Shown here piece after piece: positions 37,914-47,108 of a stretch of DNA of 64,000 bases. The notes under the pieces are model-generated. The model did not search any database, was not told where the DNA came from, and saw only the letters and a program-made list of their open reading frames with translations. Within the stretch, counting starts at the first letter, position 1; each line of letters begins with the position of its first letter. Location: NCBI GenBank assembly GCA_031701365.1, contig GCA_031701365.1_4118.1; one strand, written 5' to 3'. The DNA comes from Escherichia coli. GTDB lineage: Bacteria; Pseudomonadota; Gammaproteobacteria; Enterobacterales; Enterobacteriaceae. A program made the translations under genes and the position numbers.

Positions 37914-38045
37914 ATGGCTAAGAAAGTAAACAATTTCGTACAGAAACACATGAATGAGTTTAACAAGCCTCAGACACATGTGGATCGTAAAAAAGAAATG
38001 AAAAATGGTAAAGTAAAACACAAGTCGAGATTTATTCTCGACTAA
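37914..38045 (+). CDS. hypothetical small basic protein (43 aa, not in ORF track)
   Basis: Hand-translated MAKKVNNFVQKHMNEFNKPQTHVDRKKEMKNGKVKHKSRFILD; GGAG 6 nt upstream. Confidence 0.4.
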   Translation: MAKKVNNFVQKHMNEFNKPQTHVDRKKEMKNGKVKHKSRFILD

Positions 38046-38074
38046 TTTTTTGTCTAAATTTATGAGGATTGTAT

Positions 38075-38923
38075 ATGTTAGATATTTCAGATTTTCTTAA
38101 TTTTAAAAAGTATTCAGTACTTGAACATATCAACGAATTTCTGAATTCTACTACACCATTTGGTATCAGTACATCAGATGCATACGATGGATATACAATC
38201 TTCCCATACAATGACTTTCAAATTTCCGTCAAAAAAGGTTTTACAAAAGAAGTTGCAATTCGTGATGTAGTAATGTATAGCGATTCTTCTATTTCTTACT
38301 GTCATGACGTGAACAAGTTTGAATCTCTTTCAACACCTAATTGTTCATACTACAAATCCCATGACACGATGATGTATAAAGAACAACATATTAATGGTGT
38401 TTCGTTCTATAAAACTAGCAGTGATAAATCATATACATCTAGAGATGATTTTGGAAAATACACATGTACTATGCACACGGATAATGAAAAAACAAATTAC
38501 ACTCATTCATTCGAGTCCAAATTCCAAGAGAGTGAAGTTTCAAATATCACTATACAAGAACAGGTTTCAGAAGGCATTGTATATCGTAGTACTGCATTCT
38601 TTCGCATGAAAGATATTGCCACAGGCAGACCAATGATGTACAATATTGACATATACATGAAAGGTGATATATCCGAAGTAGTGATTAGTACTGGTTATCG
38701 TGAAAAATATACAGTTACAATGGAATCACCAGATGCATCATTAGTTCACCTCTTTAACAATTTATATACATTCCAATTCGAACTTAGTTTCGATCCAAAT
38801 GAATATCAAATATTTGATATATTAAAAAGTAATATTATTAATAAGTTAGAATATTACTACAAGTTAGGTGGTAAGATGTGCATAGTTAATACTATGTTAC
38901 ATAACATAAAAGAAACATTATAA
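38075..38923 (+). CDS. hypothetical protein
   Basis: ORF 38069-38923, start ATG 38075 after GAGG; possible family B-like YTFQFELSFD. Confidence 0.6.
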   Translation: MLDISDFLNFKKYSVLEHINEFLNSTTPFGISTSDAYDGYTIFPYNDFQISVKKGFTKEVAIRDVVMYSDSSISYCHDVNKFESLSTPNCSYYKSHDTMMYKEQHINGVSFYKTSSDKSYTSRDDFGKYTCTMHTDNEKTNYTHSFESKFQESEVSNITIQEQVSEGIVYRSTAFFRMKDIATGRPMMYNIDIYMKGDISEVVISTGYREKYTVTMESPDASLVHLFNNLYTFQFELSFDPNEYQIFDILKSNIINKLEYYYKLGGKMCIVNTMLHNIKETL

Positions 38924-38939
38924 ATCTGGAGGATTTGGT

Positions 38940-39233
38940 ATGGATACTAAATTCAAAATTATTTTTAAAACTAAGCCGTATATTCCACATACAGCAGAAC
39001 GTTTTATACCACATGGTGCTGAGGAAATTATTCACCAAGATGGTACTAAGTTATACCTTGTTCCTTGTTCTTATGAACGTGCAGTAGAAATGTTACTAAT
39101 GAATGCTAGACTATGCAAAAACAAGTACATTAGTTACCTATACAATGAACATATTTTAGATTTCAATGATGAAAATATGTTCATTCTAGCAATTGAGGAT
39201 TTTGATAACTGGTACAATATTATTAAAATCTAA
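38940..39233 (+). CDS. hypothetical protein
   Basis: ORF with GGAGG RBS. Confidence 0.6.
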   Translation: MDTKFKIIFKTKPYIPHTAERFIPHGAEEIIHQDGTKLYLVPCSYERAVEMLLMNARLCKNKYISYLYNEHILDFNDENMFILAIEDFDNWYNIIKI

Positions 39234-39242
39234 TGAAAATAA

Positions 39243-39289
39243 TGTGAACATATTAGATTCTTGTGATATAATGTTCACATCTTTTTTTG
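39243..39289 (+). terminator. hairpin with U-tract; loop contains a TATAAT
   Basis: 9-bp inverted repeat TGTGAACAT / ATGTTCACA, 19-nt loop TTGTGATATAAT, followed by TCTTTTTTT. Confidence 0.45.
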
Positions 39290-39304
39290 ATAACGGAGAT
39301 ATAG

Positions 39305-39691
39305 ATGAATACAAGTTCAGTCCTAAAAGCAATTGGTGGTGTTTTACTCATTGAAGTAAAAGGTGAGCCAAAGCTATGCTGTTTAGAAGATATGAAGAAT
39401 ACAAAACACTTCAGTACTGGTCAGATTTTCAATGCCATTCGTATTCTAAATGACAAATCCATTGCTGATTATGGAAAAGTTTGGCCTGTATATCAAAATG
39501 CTGATGGTGATATCAGTACTGATTGGAAAACAATTGAGGCGGTACGACAAAGTTGTGAGAGTGATTGGGACTTCATTGTTGAAGTTTGTGATCAACTACA
39601 AGAAGATGTTCCAGAAATTGTTGAACGAAAAGAAGTTCTAGCACGACTTGAAAAATTCCGTCACGGAACACTACAGTATGACACAATCTAA
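39305..39691 (+). CDS. hypothetical protein
   Basis: ORF with GGAG RBS. Confidence 0.6.
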   Translation: MNTSSVLKAIGGVLLIEVKGEPKLCCLEDMKNTKHFSTGQIFNAIRILNDKSIADYGKVWPVYQNADGDISTDWKTIEAVRQSCESDWDFIVEVCDQLQEDVPEIVERKEVLARLEKFRHGTLQYDTI

Positions 39692-39740
39692 TCTGCTTAT
39701 TAAAAATATCTAATTAACATTATATAAAAGGAATTTAAAA

Positions 39741-40046
39741 ATGGAAGACAATGGAATGAAATTTGATATGTTTGAAGGTGTACCAGAGTTCGATTTCAAC
39801 AAACTTGAAGAAGGTGAGGAATCAGAACTAGTTAGTGTTACACTTAAAGCAGATTCTAAAAAGAAATATTCATCATCAGTACGTTCACGTTCACAAGAAG
39901 AATACGAAACATTTATTGAAAGTATTCATTATGAAACATTCCATCACGCAGATGGAACTCCATATGAAGTACGTGTAACAGTACTGAAGCCTGAAGTAAA
40001 TCCAATGGAAAATCTACGTCCTGTTTACTGCTGGGCAAGTCACTAA
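39741..40046 (+). CDS. hypothetical protein
   Basis: ORF with AAAGGA RBS. Confidence 0.6.
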   Translation: MEDNGMKFDMFEGVPEFDFNKLEEGEESELVSVTLKADSKKKYSSSVRSRSQEEYETFIESIHYETFHHADGTPYEVRVTVLKPEVNPMENLRPVYCWASH

Positions 40047-40054
40047 TAAACCAA

Positions 40055-40086
40055 AGGACGGGATTTGTTATCTCGTCCTTTTTTTG
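40055..40086 (+). terminator. rho-independent terminator
   Basis: AGGACG-loop-CGTCCT followed by TTTTTTT. Confidence 0.65.
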
Positions 40087-40097
40087 TCTGGAGATGT

Positions 40098-40952
40098 ATG
40101 AAACTTTATCTAATCGTTGACTACAATAAGGATTATGCTGGTAACTTCACCGAAGATTCGGATGGATATTGCACATCGACTAATGTCAATGTACGTAGCA
40201 GTAGTGCTCATGAACATGAATCTTGTAAAAATCTAAAAGATTTTATCGCATACCGAGCATTTGAAAAGAACTTCTGCCGCAGTAGATATTCGAAGTTTGA
40301 GTACCCGTTAATTGATGTTCCTGATGATTTAATGTTCCAGTTAATGCTGACTGGAGTTCAAGATTATGATTACATAGCGTATAATCATATTACTAAGAAA
40401 ATTTATATTGGTACATCATCACATGACACTTCTATGTATGCATCATGCCCAGATGATCGAATGAATGATAGAAAATCATACTATAGTGGGTCAGTTGGTT
40501 TAAATGATTCATTAAATAAAAATTCATTCTTTGAGTATGTTTATGATTACCATCATGAGAAAAAAGAACGTGAAGATTACTGTATAGCAATTGATAGTAC
40601 TAATGGTTATGAAGACGTGAAAGAAGCACTTATGCCGTACATTATTGAAAAGTACTACAAAGATTTTCAGTACTGTAGTAATTTTCTAATCAGAAATTCT
40701 ATTATAATCGGTCGCCAATCTAGTGCATACTCTCAGTACTACAACGATTCACCAGTAGCATCGGCAAATGAAATGTGTGATATTTTACAAATTCCACGTG
40801 AAGATATGACATTTATTTTTACGTCTTTTATTGAAGATGATGAGTTGTATATTAAAAATAAACACCGTTTCATGCCAAGCAAGATTGAGGTTATTCGAAG
40901 TTTTAGTGTTGATATACTAACAAATTTCACAGAAAAAACCGAATATAACTGA
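40098..40952 (+). CDS. hypothetical protein
   Basis: ORF 40065-40952, start ATG 40098 after GGAGA; family B-like DDLMFQLMLTGV. Confidence 0.6.
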   Translation: MKLYLIVDYNKDYAGNFTEDSDGYCTSTNVNVRSSSAHEHESCKNLKDFIAYRAFEKNFCRSRYSKFEYPLIDVPDDLMFQLMLTGVQDYDYIAYNHITKKIYIGTSSHDTSMYASCPDDRMNDRKSYYSGSVGLNDSLNKNSFFEYVYDYHHEKKEREDYCIAIDSTNGYEDVKEALMPYIIEKYYKDFQYCSNFLIRNSIIIGRQSSAYSQYYNDSPVASANEMCDILQIPREDMTFIFTSFIEDDELYIKNKHRFMPSKIEVIRSFSVDILTNFTEKTEYN

Positions 40953-40981
40953 GACAAATGATAAGTTAATGATATAATATA

Positions 40982-41015
40982 AGGTGACAACATAATATGT
41001 TAGTCACCTTTTTTA
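40982..41015 (+). terminator. rho-independent terminator
   Basis: AGGTGAC-loop-GTCACCT followed by TTTTTT. Confidence 0.65.
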
Positions 41016-41629
41016 ATCCTGAAAGGTTCCCATAAGGAAATGATTAAAAGCCTAATCCACTCGAAAATGTAGAGGGTAGATGAGTAGTCCTTTCAGTACG
41101 AACAGCAGATGAAACCCGTTAGATGATGGCATAGTTTGAACCACTCACGGCAATGCGGCTGTATAAAGAACTCCAATAGGATAAAGAGAGTTCCTCGATA
41201 GACATATAAGGATCGCACCTTACCAATTATCTAAGGGAGATTTCATAAGAAATATGCGGTCGGAATTATACAATATAGTTGCGTCCAAATTTTGTGAAAT
41301 CAAATACAAGTACTGGTCATATGGTATTTGTATTATGTGTCGGGATGTTTAAGACCGACGACCGTTGCTACAAGAACCGCGATAGAGAGAAACAGAGCAA
41401 CCCGCTTTCGTCTCGTAAGAGAATTCGTGATATGAACTATGTGAAGGCCACCAGCGTCAAATTTTTTTGTTCTTTCCCCTGCGGGGGGATGAAATATGCT
41501 CAAGCAAACCCCGTCAATATTAATTAAAAGAAAATAGTACTTGTAGAATTAAACATGCGTAGCATGATAATTCTACTGATGTTGATGCAATCAACGTCAC
41601 GTATATTCATTGATGTTTCCATAGGAATA

Positions 41630-42175
41630 ATGATGGCATTTATTAGAAAAGAAAAAACTGTTACTTATAAAACTTTGAATTTTGATGATTGCATTAATCA
41701 ATCACAAGACGAAGATATCTTTACTGGATATGTGGTTATTAAAGAAAAAGGATGCATTTCTTATATAAAGGAATTACAAAATGGAATTGAAGTGACTTCA
41801 GTTAAATTACTTCCTACTCAAAAACCAACAATATCAAAAGCCCAGTATGGTAATTATTTTGAAGAAAGATATAGTAATAATTCAATAAGTGTTAAGGCTC
41901 ATATTATTAAAGGAGAACTAGAAGGAGAATATAGAAAATACAACCCACAAGGAAAATGTGTTTGGGTTAAATACTTCAATTCAGGATATGATGTAACATC
42001 TGAAATTATAGAATTCTTGGGTTTAAAATGTACCCCTGAGACTATTCATGATTACAAGTTCAATACTGAAGAAGAGTTTAATCTGATGATGCGTTACGGT
42101 TCACATTTTAAATTTTTATATGAATATAACATTGACAGTAGTACTTTTGATAAGATAGTACACAACTGTCTCTAA
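41630..42175 (+). CDS. hypothetical protein, possibly MORN-repeat-like
   Basis: ORF 41555-42175, start ATG 41630 after AGGA; repeats such as GEYRKYNPQGKCVWVKYFNSG. Confidence 0.45.
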   Translation: MMAFIRKEKTVTYKTLNFDDCINQSQDEDIFTGYVVIKEKGCISYIKELQNGIEVTSVKLLPTQKPTISKAQYGNYFEERYSNNSISVKAHIIKGELEGEYRKYNPQGKCVWVKYFNSGYDVTSEIIEFLGLKCTPETIHDYKFNTEEEFNLMMRYGSHFKFLYEYNIDSSTFDKIVHNCL

Positions 42176-42191
42176 CAAAAGGAATTATATA

Positions 42192-42713
42192 ATGTCGAAG
42201 AAGGATGCTTCGAAAAAACATTCAGTACATTTCAGTACTGGAAAGGACAACTGGACAACTCCCAAAGATTTCTTTGAAGATTTGGATGAGTTATGGGGAT
42301 TTACACTTGATGCTGCTTGTGTTGATGAGACTGCATTGTGTGATAACTATTTTACACCTGATGATAATTCTCTTGAACAAGACTGGGGAAAAAATATTGT
42401 TTGGTTAAATCCCCCATATAGTGATTTAAAAACTTGGTTAGCCAAGGCAGTAGATGCGTATAATAAAGGTGCTACAGTACTGATTCTAGTACCATCCAGG
42501 ACTGATACAATAGCATTTCAGGAATATGCAGCCAAAATATGTGATTGTATTTGTTTTATCAAAGGTAGATTACGTTTTGGTATTCCAGAAGAACCTGATA
42601 AGAAAACAGATTCAGCACCATTTCCTTCGTGTCTTATAGTCCTTGATAAGTACCTCACTACTGCTAAAATTAATTATCTTAAATCTCTCGGATTGGTGAT
42701 GAAGAATCTATGA
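42192..42713 (+). CDS. phage Dam-type DNA N6-adenine methyltransferase
   Basis: DNWTTP, FTLDAAC and NPPYS motifs typical of the small phage N6-adenine MTase family. Confidence 0.75.
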   Translation: MSKKDASKKHSVHFSTGKDNWTTPKDFFEDLDELWGFTLDAACVDETALCDNYFTPDDNSLEQDWGKNIVWLNPPYSDLKTWLAKAVDAYNKGATVLILVPSRTDTIAFQEYAAKICDCICFIKGRLRFGIPEEPDKKTDSAPFPSCLIVLDKYLTTAKINYLKSLGLVMKNL

Positions 42714-43243
42714 AAGAAACATGTGTATTAACGTTTGGTCGTATTAATCCTGTACATCGTGGACATGGTTTAGTTTTTGAAAAGGCCAAAACATTACAAG
42801 AACAGTACAATGCTGATTTAAAAATATATCTAAGCACCAGTACTGACAATATAAAAAACCCACTCCCACCTGAACTAAAAATGTATTATACAGAGGGATT
42901 CTATCCTTCAGTGCAAGAGAACATCTACACAGAAGACAATCTATTTGATATAATGAGAGAACTGGATGGAAAGTACTTAGATGTTCTTTTCATTTGTGGT
43001 TCTGACCGTATTGATTCTTTTCAAAAAACTCTTGACATGTACAATGGTAAGTTGTATAATTTTTGTAGTATAAAAGCAATTCAGGCAGGTATTGACCGTA
43101 ATGTAAGTCAATATAGCTCAACACAAATGCGTAACTTCGCAAAAAATGAAGATTTTGATAGTTTTCGTGAGTTTTTACCTGGAAATGACGAGGACTTAAA
43201 AATACAATTATTTGAAGACGTTATAAAATACATGAGGAAATAA
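42710..43243 (+). CDS. HxGH-motif nucleotidyltransferase (adenylyl/cytidylyltransferase-like)
   Basis: N-terminal TFGRINPVHRGH (HxGH); about 177 aa. Confidence 0.6.
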   Translation: MKETCVLTFGRINPVHRGHGLVFEKAKTLQEQYNADLKIYLSTSTDNIKNPLPPELKMYYTEGFYPSVQENIYTEDNLFDIMRELDGKYLDVLFICGSDRIDSFQKTLDMYNGKLYNFCSIKAIQAGIDRNVSQYSSTQMRNFAKNEDFDSFREFLPGNDEDLKIQLFEDVIKYMRK

Positions 43244-43245
43244 TT

Positions 43246-43539
43246 ATGTCAGTACTGTTCAAAACCAATCCAGTACTTTGGGATCAAAATGAGCAATCAG
43301 GATTTCGTTCCATCCATGTTGAATACAAAGGTAATACTGTAGTTGCAATTATTGCTAACAAAACTCTAGGAAACTGGACTGCACAGGTTGTTCCTATGGG
43401 ATATTCTTACACATCTGATGAGGTACAATTCTTGGCTGAACTATATCGCCAAGTGCCGTTTATCATTAATGTACTAGAAGGTAATGATACATTATCACAT
43501 GCAGATGTGATTAATTTTCTTGGAAACTTGCATGTGTGA
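43246..43539 (+). CDS. hypothetical protein
   Basis: ORF only. Confidence 0.55.
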   Translation: MSVLFKTNPVLWDQNEQSGFRSIHVEYKGNTVVAIIANKTLGNWTAQVVPMGYSYTSDEVQFLAELYRQVPFIINVLEGNDTLSHADVINFLGNLHV

Positions 43540-43819
43540 TGAAATAAATCTTACAGGATATTTTTTACAAGAATCAATGATTAAATTTAGTGAAAAATTT
43601 TCAGTACTGGATGGTATCGAAATGTGGCATGTCAAACCACTGTTCCACACTTTCAGTAAAGAGCACAAAATGTTATTGACTGAAGCGAGTAAATCAAATA
43701 ACATATGTGAAATCAAAATTGGTGTAAATGTCTATAAAGGGATGGTTATCTTTTTTGACAATAACAGCAACTACTTTTATATTGTTAAGGAGCATTACGT
43801 TGACAAATACAAATACTAA
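43520..43819 (+). CDS. hypothetical protein
   Basis: ORF; start uncertain. Confidence 0.45.
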   Translation: METCMCDEINLTGYFLQESMIKFSEKFSVLDGIEMWHVKPLFHTFSKEHKMLLTEASKSNNICEIKIGVNVYKGMVIFFDNNSNYFYIVKEHYVDKYKY

Positions 43820-44414
43820 TACATACTTCCGTTATCTTCGCTTAGGTCTTTCCCTACGTCCGATCCGTGGAAAGTGCGATTCACTCGCTGATCTTGACTA
43901 TGCATATGCATTACATCATGAAGGTGTACAGTATGTATTGGGTGATTATGGTGAATTTGAAGAAACAAATGACAGTACTGGAATTAATGCTGGTGTAGAA
44001 AATCTTAACAACATTGCTAACAGTTCTCGCCATGACATTGTGTTACAGATTCAAAACTTTATTGAGCAGCACACAGGTAAACGTGTTTGGTGCTATGTCG
44101 GTACTGATGCACAAATGTCAATTTCATTCGGTAACGATGAAGGATATGTTGCACAGCTTATTATGGATTTTGAATCTGAAGAGAAGTTTTTAGAATTCAA
44201 AGAAAAGATTATTCAGTCACTTGTTGATATGGGTATCCCCGAAGATAAAATGCCAGAAGTTCAAAACATTGATGAATTTGTTTTGATTCCATCTGATGAG
44301 AAATATGATGCAATGTTTACTGCCCTTAATATTCCAGGAGTTATTGTGGAGTACTTTGATGATGGTGATGATAGTATCTATATCGATCTAGATGACGATG
44401 ACGACGATGAATAA
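43800..44414 (+). CDS. hypothetical protein with poly-Asp C-terminus
   Basis: ORF 43728-44414; proposed TTG start 43800 after AAGGAG; ends DLDDDDDDE. Confidence 0.5.
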   Translation: MTNTNTNTYFRYLRLGLSLRPIRGKCDSLADLDYAYALHHEGVQYVLGDYGEFEETNDSTGINAGVENLNNIANSSRHDIVLQIQNFIEQHTGKRVWCYVGTDAQMSISFGNDEGYVAQLIMDFESEEKFLEFKEKIIQSLVDMGIPEDKMPEVQNIDEFVLIPSDEKYDAMFTALNIPGVIVEYFDDGDDSIYIDLDDDDDDE

Positions 44415-44420
44415 TGTACA

Positions 44421-44449
44421 TAGCCCGACATAAGTTCGGGCTATTTTTG
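44421..44449 (+). terminator. rho-independent terminator
   Basis: TAGCCCGA-cataagt-TCGGGCTA followed by TTTTTGT. Confidence 0.7.
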
Positions 44450-44460
44450 TAAGGGGATAT

Positions 44461-44736
44461 ATGAATTATAAAGTTCTACAATATACATACAGTGTTTTGT
44501 TTGATTTACATCACAATGGAAGATATCTCAATACAATACGAGAAAACACATTCACTCATACTATCTGGATTAATCACTTAATAATGATACGTGAATATTT
44601 TGTTAATAGTGAGATAATCATTCGTGGTAAAAAACATAAGATAGAACAAGTTAATAGTTTTGGTGGTAAATTAGTACTATCATTTATAGATAGTAATACT
44701 AATGAAAGATATAGTATAGATTTGGTGGACATATGA
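44461..44736 (+). CDS. family C small protein 1
   Basis: N-terminal YKVLQYTYSVLFDL. Confidence 0.6.
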   Translation: MNYKVLQYTYSVLFDLHHNGRYLNTIRENTFTHTIWINHLIMIREYFVNSEIIIRGKKHKIEQVNSFGGKLVLSFIDSNTNERYSIDLVDI

Positions 44737-44999
44737 ATTATAAAGATTTCCTACTAACATACAAGATTATTCGAGATTTAGCACACGACAATGATAGCCC
44801 TAGTCTAGAAGACACATGCACTGAAATGATTCATACGATTCGTGGTAAGATTAAAAAAAAATTCAGTACTGTTATTATTGGTGATGACCATGCAGAATTT
44901 TCTGATATAATCATTAGACGTGATGGTAAAGTTGAGGTTCAGTACTACACTGATTTTGGATTTACCAGTATTCCGTTGGAGATATTCCCTTGGGATTAA
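44733..44999 (+). CDS. family C small protein 2
   Basis: YKDFLLTYKIIRDL. Confidence 0.6.
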   Translation: MNYKDFLLTYKIIRDLAHDNDSPSLEDTCTEMIHTIRGKIKKKFSTVIIGDDHAEFSDIIIRRDGKVEVQYYTDFGFTSIPLEIFPWD

Positions 45000-45301
45000 A
45001 TTTAAATGATATACAATTCACTTATAAGATCCTATATGATTTGTATGATGTATACCTTGTTAGTAACAAAATAGGTTCACATAACCCATACAAAGAACAA
45101 CCATTTATTGATTTATATATTGAGTACTTAGATTCAGTAGGTGAATATATAAAAAAGAATTACAGTACTTTTATCGACGGAAATGATATATTCGAGTTCT
45201 CTGGAGTTAAATCATACAATGGGATTATCCATGTTGAATTTCTTGAAATAACCGATAGGGGATTTATCGAGATTAAAGTTGTGAAGTTGGTGAATTTATA
45301 A
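44990..45301 (+). CDS. family C small protein 3
   Basis: LNDIQFTYKILYDLYD; start uncertain (track implies non-ATG start). Confidence 0.5.
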   Translation: MGLNLNDIQFTYKILYDLYDVYLVSNKIGSHNPYKEQPFIDLYIEYLDSVGEYIKKNYSTFIDGNDIFEFSGVKSYNGIIHVEFLEITDRGFIEIKVVKLVNL

Positions 45302-45311
45302 GAGGTTACAT

Positions 45312-45623
45312 ATGTTATTAAATGATATACAATTCACATACAAATTTTTGTATATCCAATACGCTACGGTTGATGCTGGAGAATATCTCTACGGTGAAAT
45401 CTATCGTTCGGTATGGATAAAGTTTTTGGATGAATTACATGAATATTACCATGATTTGTGTATAGTTCGTGATAATAAAATATACAAATTCCGCGATATT
45501 GTTAGTCATAGCGGTAAGCTACGATTGGAATTAAGTACTGATAGTGATGTTGATTGGATTGGTGTAAATTTACTGGAGTTGGAGAATGAAAAACAACTTA
45601 AAGGAAATACAAGTATTTTATAA
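45312..45623 (+). CDS. family C small protein 4
   Basis: MLLNDIQFTYKFLY. Confidence 0.6.
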   Translation: MLLNDIQFTYKFLYIQYATVDAGEYLYGEIYRSVWIKFLDELHEYYHDLCIVRDNKIYKFRDIVSHSGKLRLELSTDSDVDWIGVNLLELENEKQLKGNTSIL

Positions 45624-45870
45624 ATTCTTATACTTGTCATATGTAAAAGATGAGTACTATGAAAGTGTGTATTATTTTTTATGGCAACATTACCGTACTA
45701 TAGTAAGAGATTTATATATAGGAAAATCTATCATATCCAATGGTGAAAGATGTATATGTACTGATGTTGTTAGTTTTAATGGTTCTTTAACACTGTGTTT
45801 CAGATGCGATAATAATAGTGGGTCATTTTCATTAAACGTATATCAGTTAGAAGGAATAAATTTTGAATAA
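45586..45870 (+). CDS. family C small protein 5
   Basis: LKEIQVFYKFLYLSY. Confidence 0.55.
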   Translation: MKNNLKEIQVFYKFLYLSYVKDEYYESVYYFLWQHYRTIVRDLYIGKSIISNGERCICTDVVSFNGSLTLCFRCDNNSGSFSLNVYQLEGINFE

Positions 45871-46063
45871 ATGTCCATATTGTAACAGTACTCAATTAGC
45901 TCGTTTCCGTTTAGATTCAGACTGGGCGACGGGTGCTGGTGATTTCTTCCCTATCAATGATGATGCAGAATACACCGAAGAACAACACAAAGATTTTGAT
46001 AAATCATGGCGACCTGACATTGAGTGCATTTATTGCCTTAATTGTGAGCGTGTTCATGACTAA
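45863..46063 (+). CDS. small zinc-ribbon protein
   Basis: CPYC...CIYCLNC cysteine pairs. Confidence 0.5.
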   Translation: MNKCPYCNSTQLARFRLDSDWATGAGDFFPINDDAEYTEEQHKDFDKSWRPDIECIYCLNCERVHD

Positions 46064-46319
46064 AGCTGAACTAATAGTTCATACATATAAAATGATATCA
46101 AGTACTGAGTTATCATATAGTGCAGATAATCCAGTACTGGATTATTTTGTTGAATTATTGAAAGAGCATTATATTGGTAAATCACTGATTCTTAATAATA
46201 TTAATTTCACGGTAAAGGATGTAGCACCTGGAAAAAACGTACTAATAGTATGTGTTACTTCATCTGATAACCCAGTATACCCAATATCAATAATTTTTGA
46301 GATATTAGGAGATTTATGA
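46057..46319 (+). CDS. family C-like small protein 6
   Basis: ORF 45933-46319, start ATG 46057 (MTKAELIVHTYKMIS). Confidence 0.45.
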
Positions 46320-46606
46320 ATATCATTTTAATGCAGAAAACATATGCTATATTGGTGAAAGATTATTCCATTACTTTCGATTCACAAGAAAGTGCTCTAC
46401 ATAACCTATACAAAAACGTAACACAAGAATACAGAAATATGTTTTCTGACTTAGTAGTAGGAAGGTATTTCAGTACTAGAAAATACCCAAAACTTCAAAT
46501 AGTTGATGTTTCTTTTTATTTCAATGGTCATATTACTATTCATAGTTTAGACCAAGATTCAACAACGTACTTAAACTTTTCATTTGATGAGGTAACATTT
46601 TTATGA
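46316..46606 (+). CDS. family C-like small protein 7
   Basis: MNIILMQKTYAILVKDY. Confidence 0.5.
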   Translation: MNIILMQKTYAILVKDYSITFDSQESALHNLYKNVTQEYRNMFSDLVVGRYFSTRKYPKLQIVDVSFYFNGHITIHSLDQDSTTYLNFSFDEVTFL

Positions 46607-46785
46607 GAACAGTATTTTTTATCTGGAGTCTTTTTTCATTGGCAGTACTGACAGTTTCAGGTGCTTATTCATTTTTAACAATGAACACATGGTATGTTAA
46701 TTTACTATTCCCAATTGTTGGTGTTGGTTTAGGATTTACTTTACATAGTGTATGTAAGGATTACAATGACAAATACAACAAATGA
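46603..46785 (+). CDS. small membrane protein
   Basis: Two hydrophobic segments (FFIWSLFSLAVLTV, LLFPIVGVGLGFTL). Confidence 0.5.
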   Translation: MRTVFFIWSLFSLAVLTVSGAYSFLTMNTWYVNLLFPIVGVGLGFTLHSVCKDYNDKYNK

Positions 46786-47050
46786 AGTTCTTATTGCTGA
46801 AACAATGAAGATGATTTACTTTATTACTACGGCACAGGATTTGTCTTATCCAGTAAAATCGTTACTTAGGTCAATGTATCTTGATATTGTAAAAGAATAT
46901 TATAAATCTAAACACAGAAGCATTATTAGTGTTTATCGTGATTATGAAAGGATTCGTATTTTATTCTGGAACAAGAATCGAGTACGTTCTGAATGTGATC
47001 TAGTAGATTTTAAATTAGAGAATCTTTATTGCTATAAACAGGGACAATAG
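46766..47050 (+). CDS. family C-like small protein 8
   Basis: ORF 46748-47050, start ATG 46766 after AAGGA. Confidence 0.5.
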   Translation: MTNTTNEVLIAETMKMIYFITTAQDLSYPVKSLLRSMYLDIVKEYYKSKHRSIISVYRDYERIRILFWNKNRVRSECDLVDFKLENLYCYKQGQ

Positions 47051-47108
47051 TCTAATTCATGATATAATAATGGGTAAGGAACAATAATTAACACAAGGAG
47101 TGTGTGAA

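Noticed and set aside
41279-41527. 82-aa ORF in the intergenic region
   Set aside because: No RBS, atypical composition and Cys/Arg-rich low-complexity sequence; more likely non-coding.
40953-41554. tRNA genes in the long intergenic region (T4-like phages often carry a tRNA cluster)
   Set aside because: No cloverleaf-compatible segment or GTTCGAnTC-type T-loop was seen by eye; it is left as a candidate ncRNA region in the findings.
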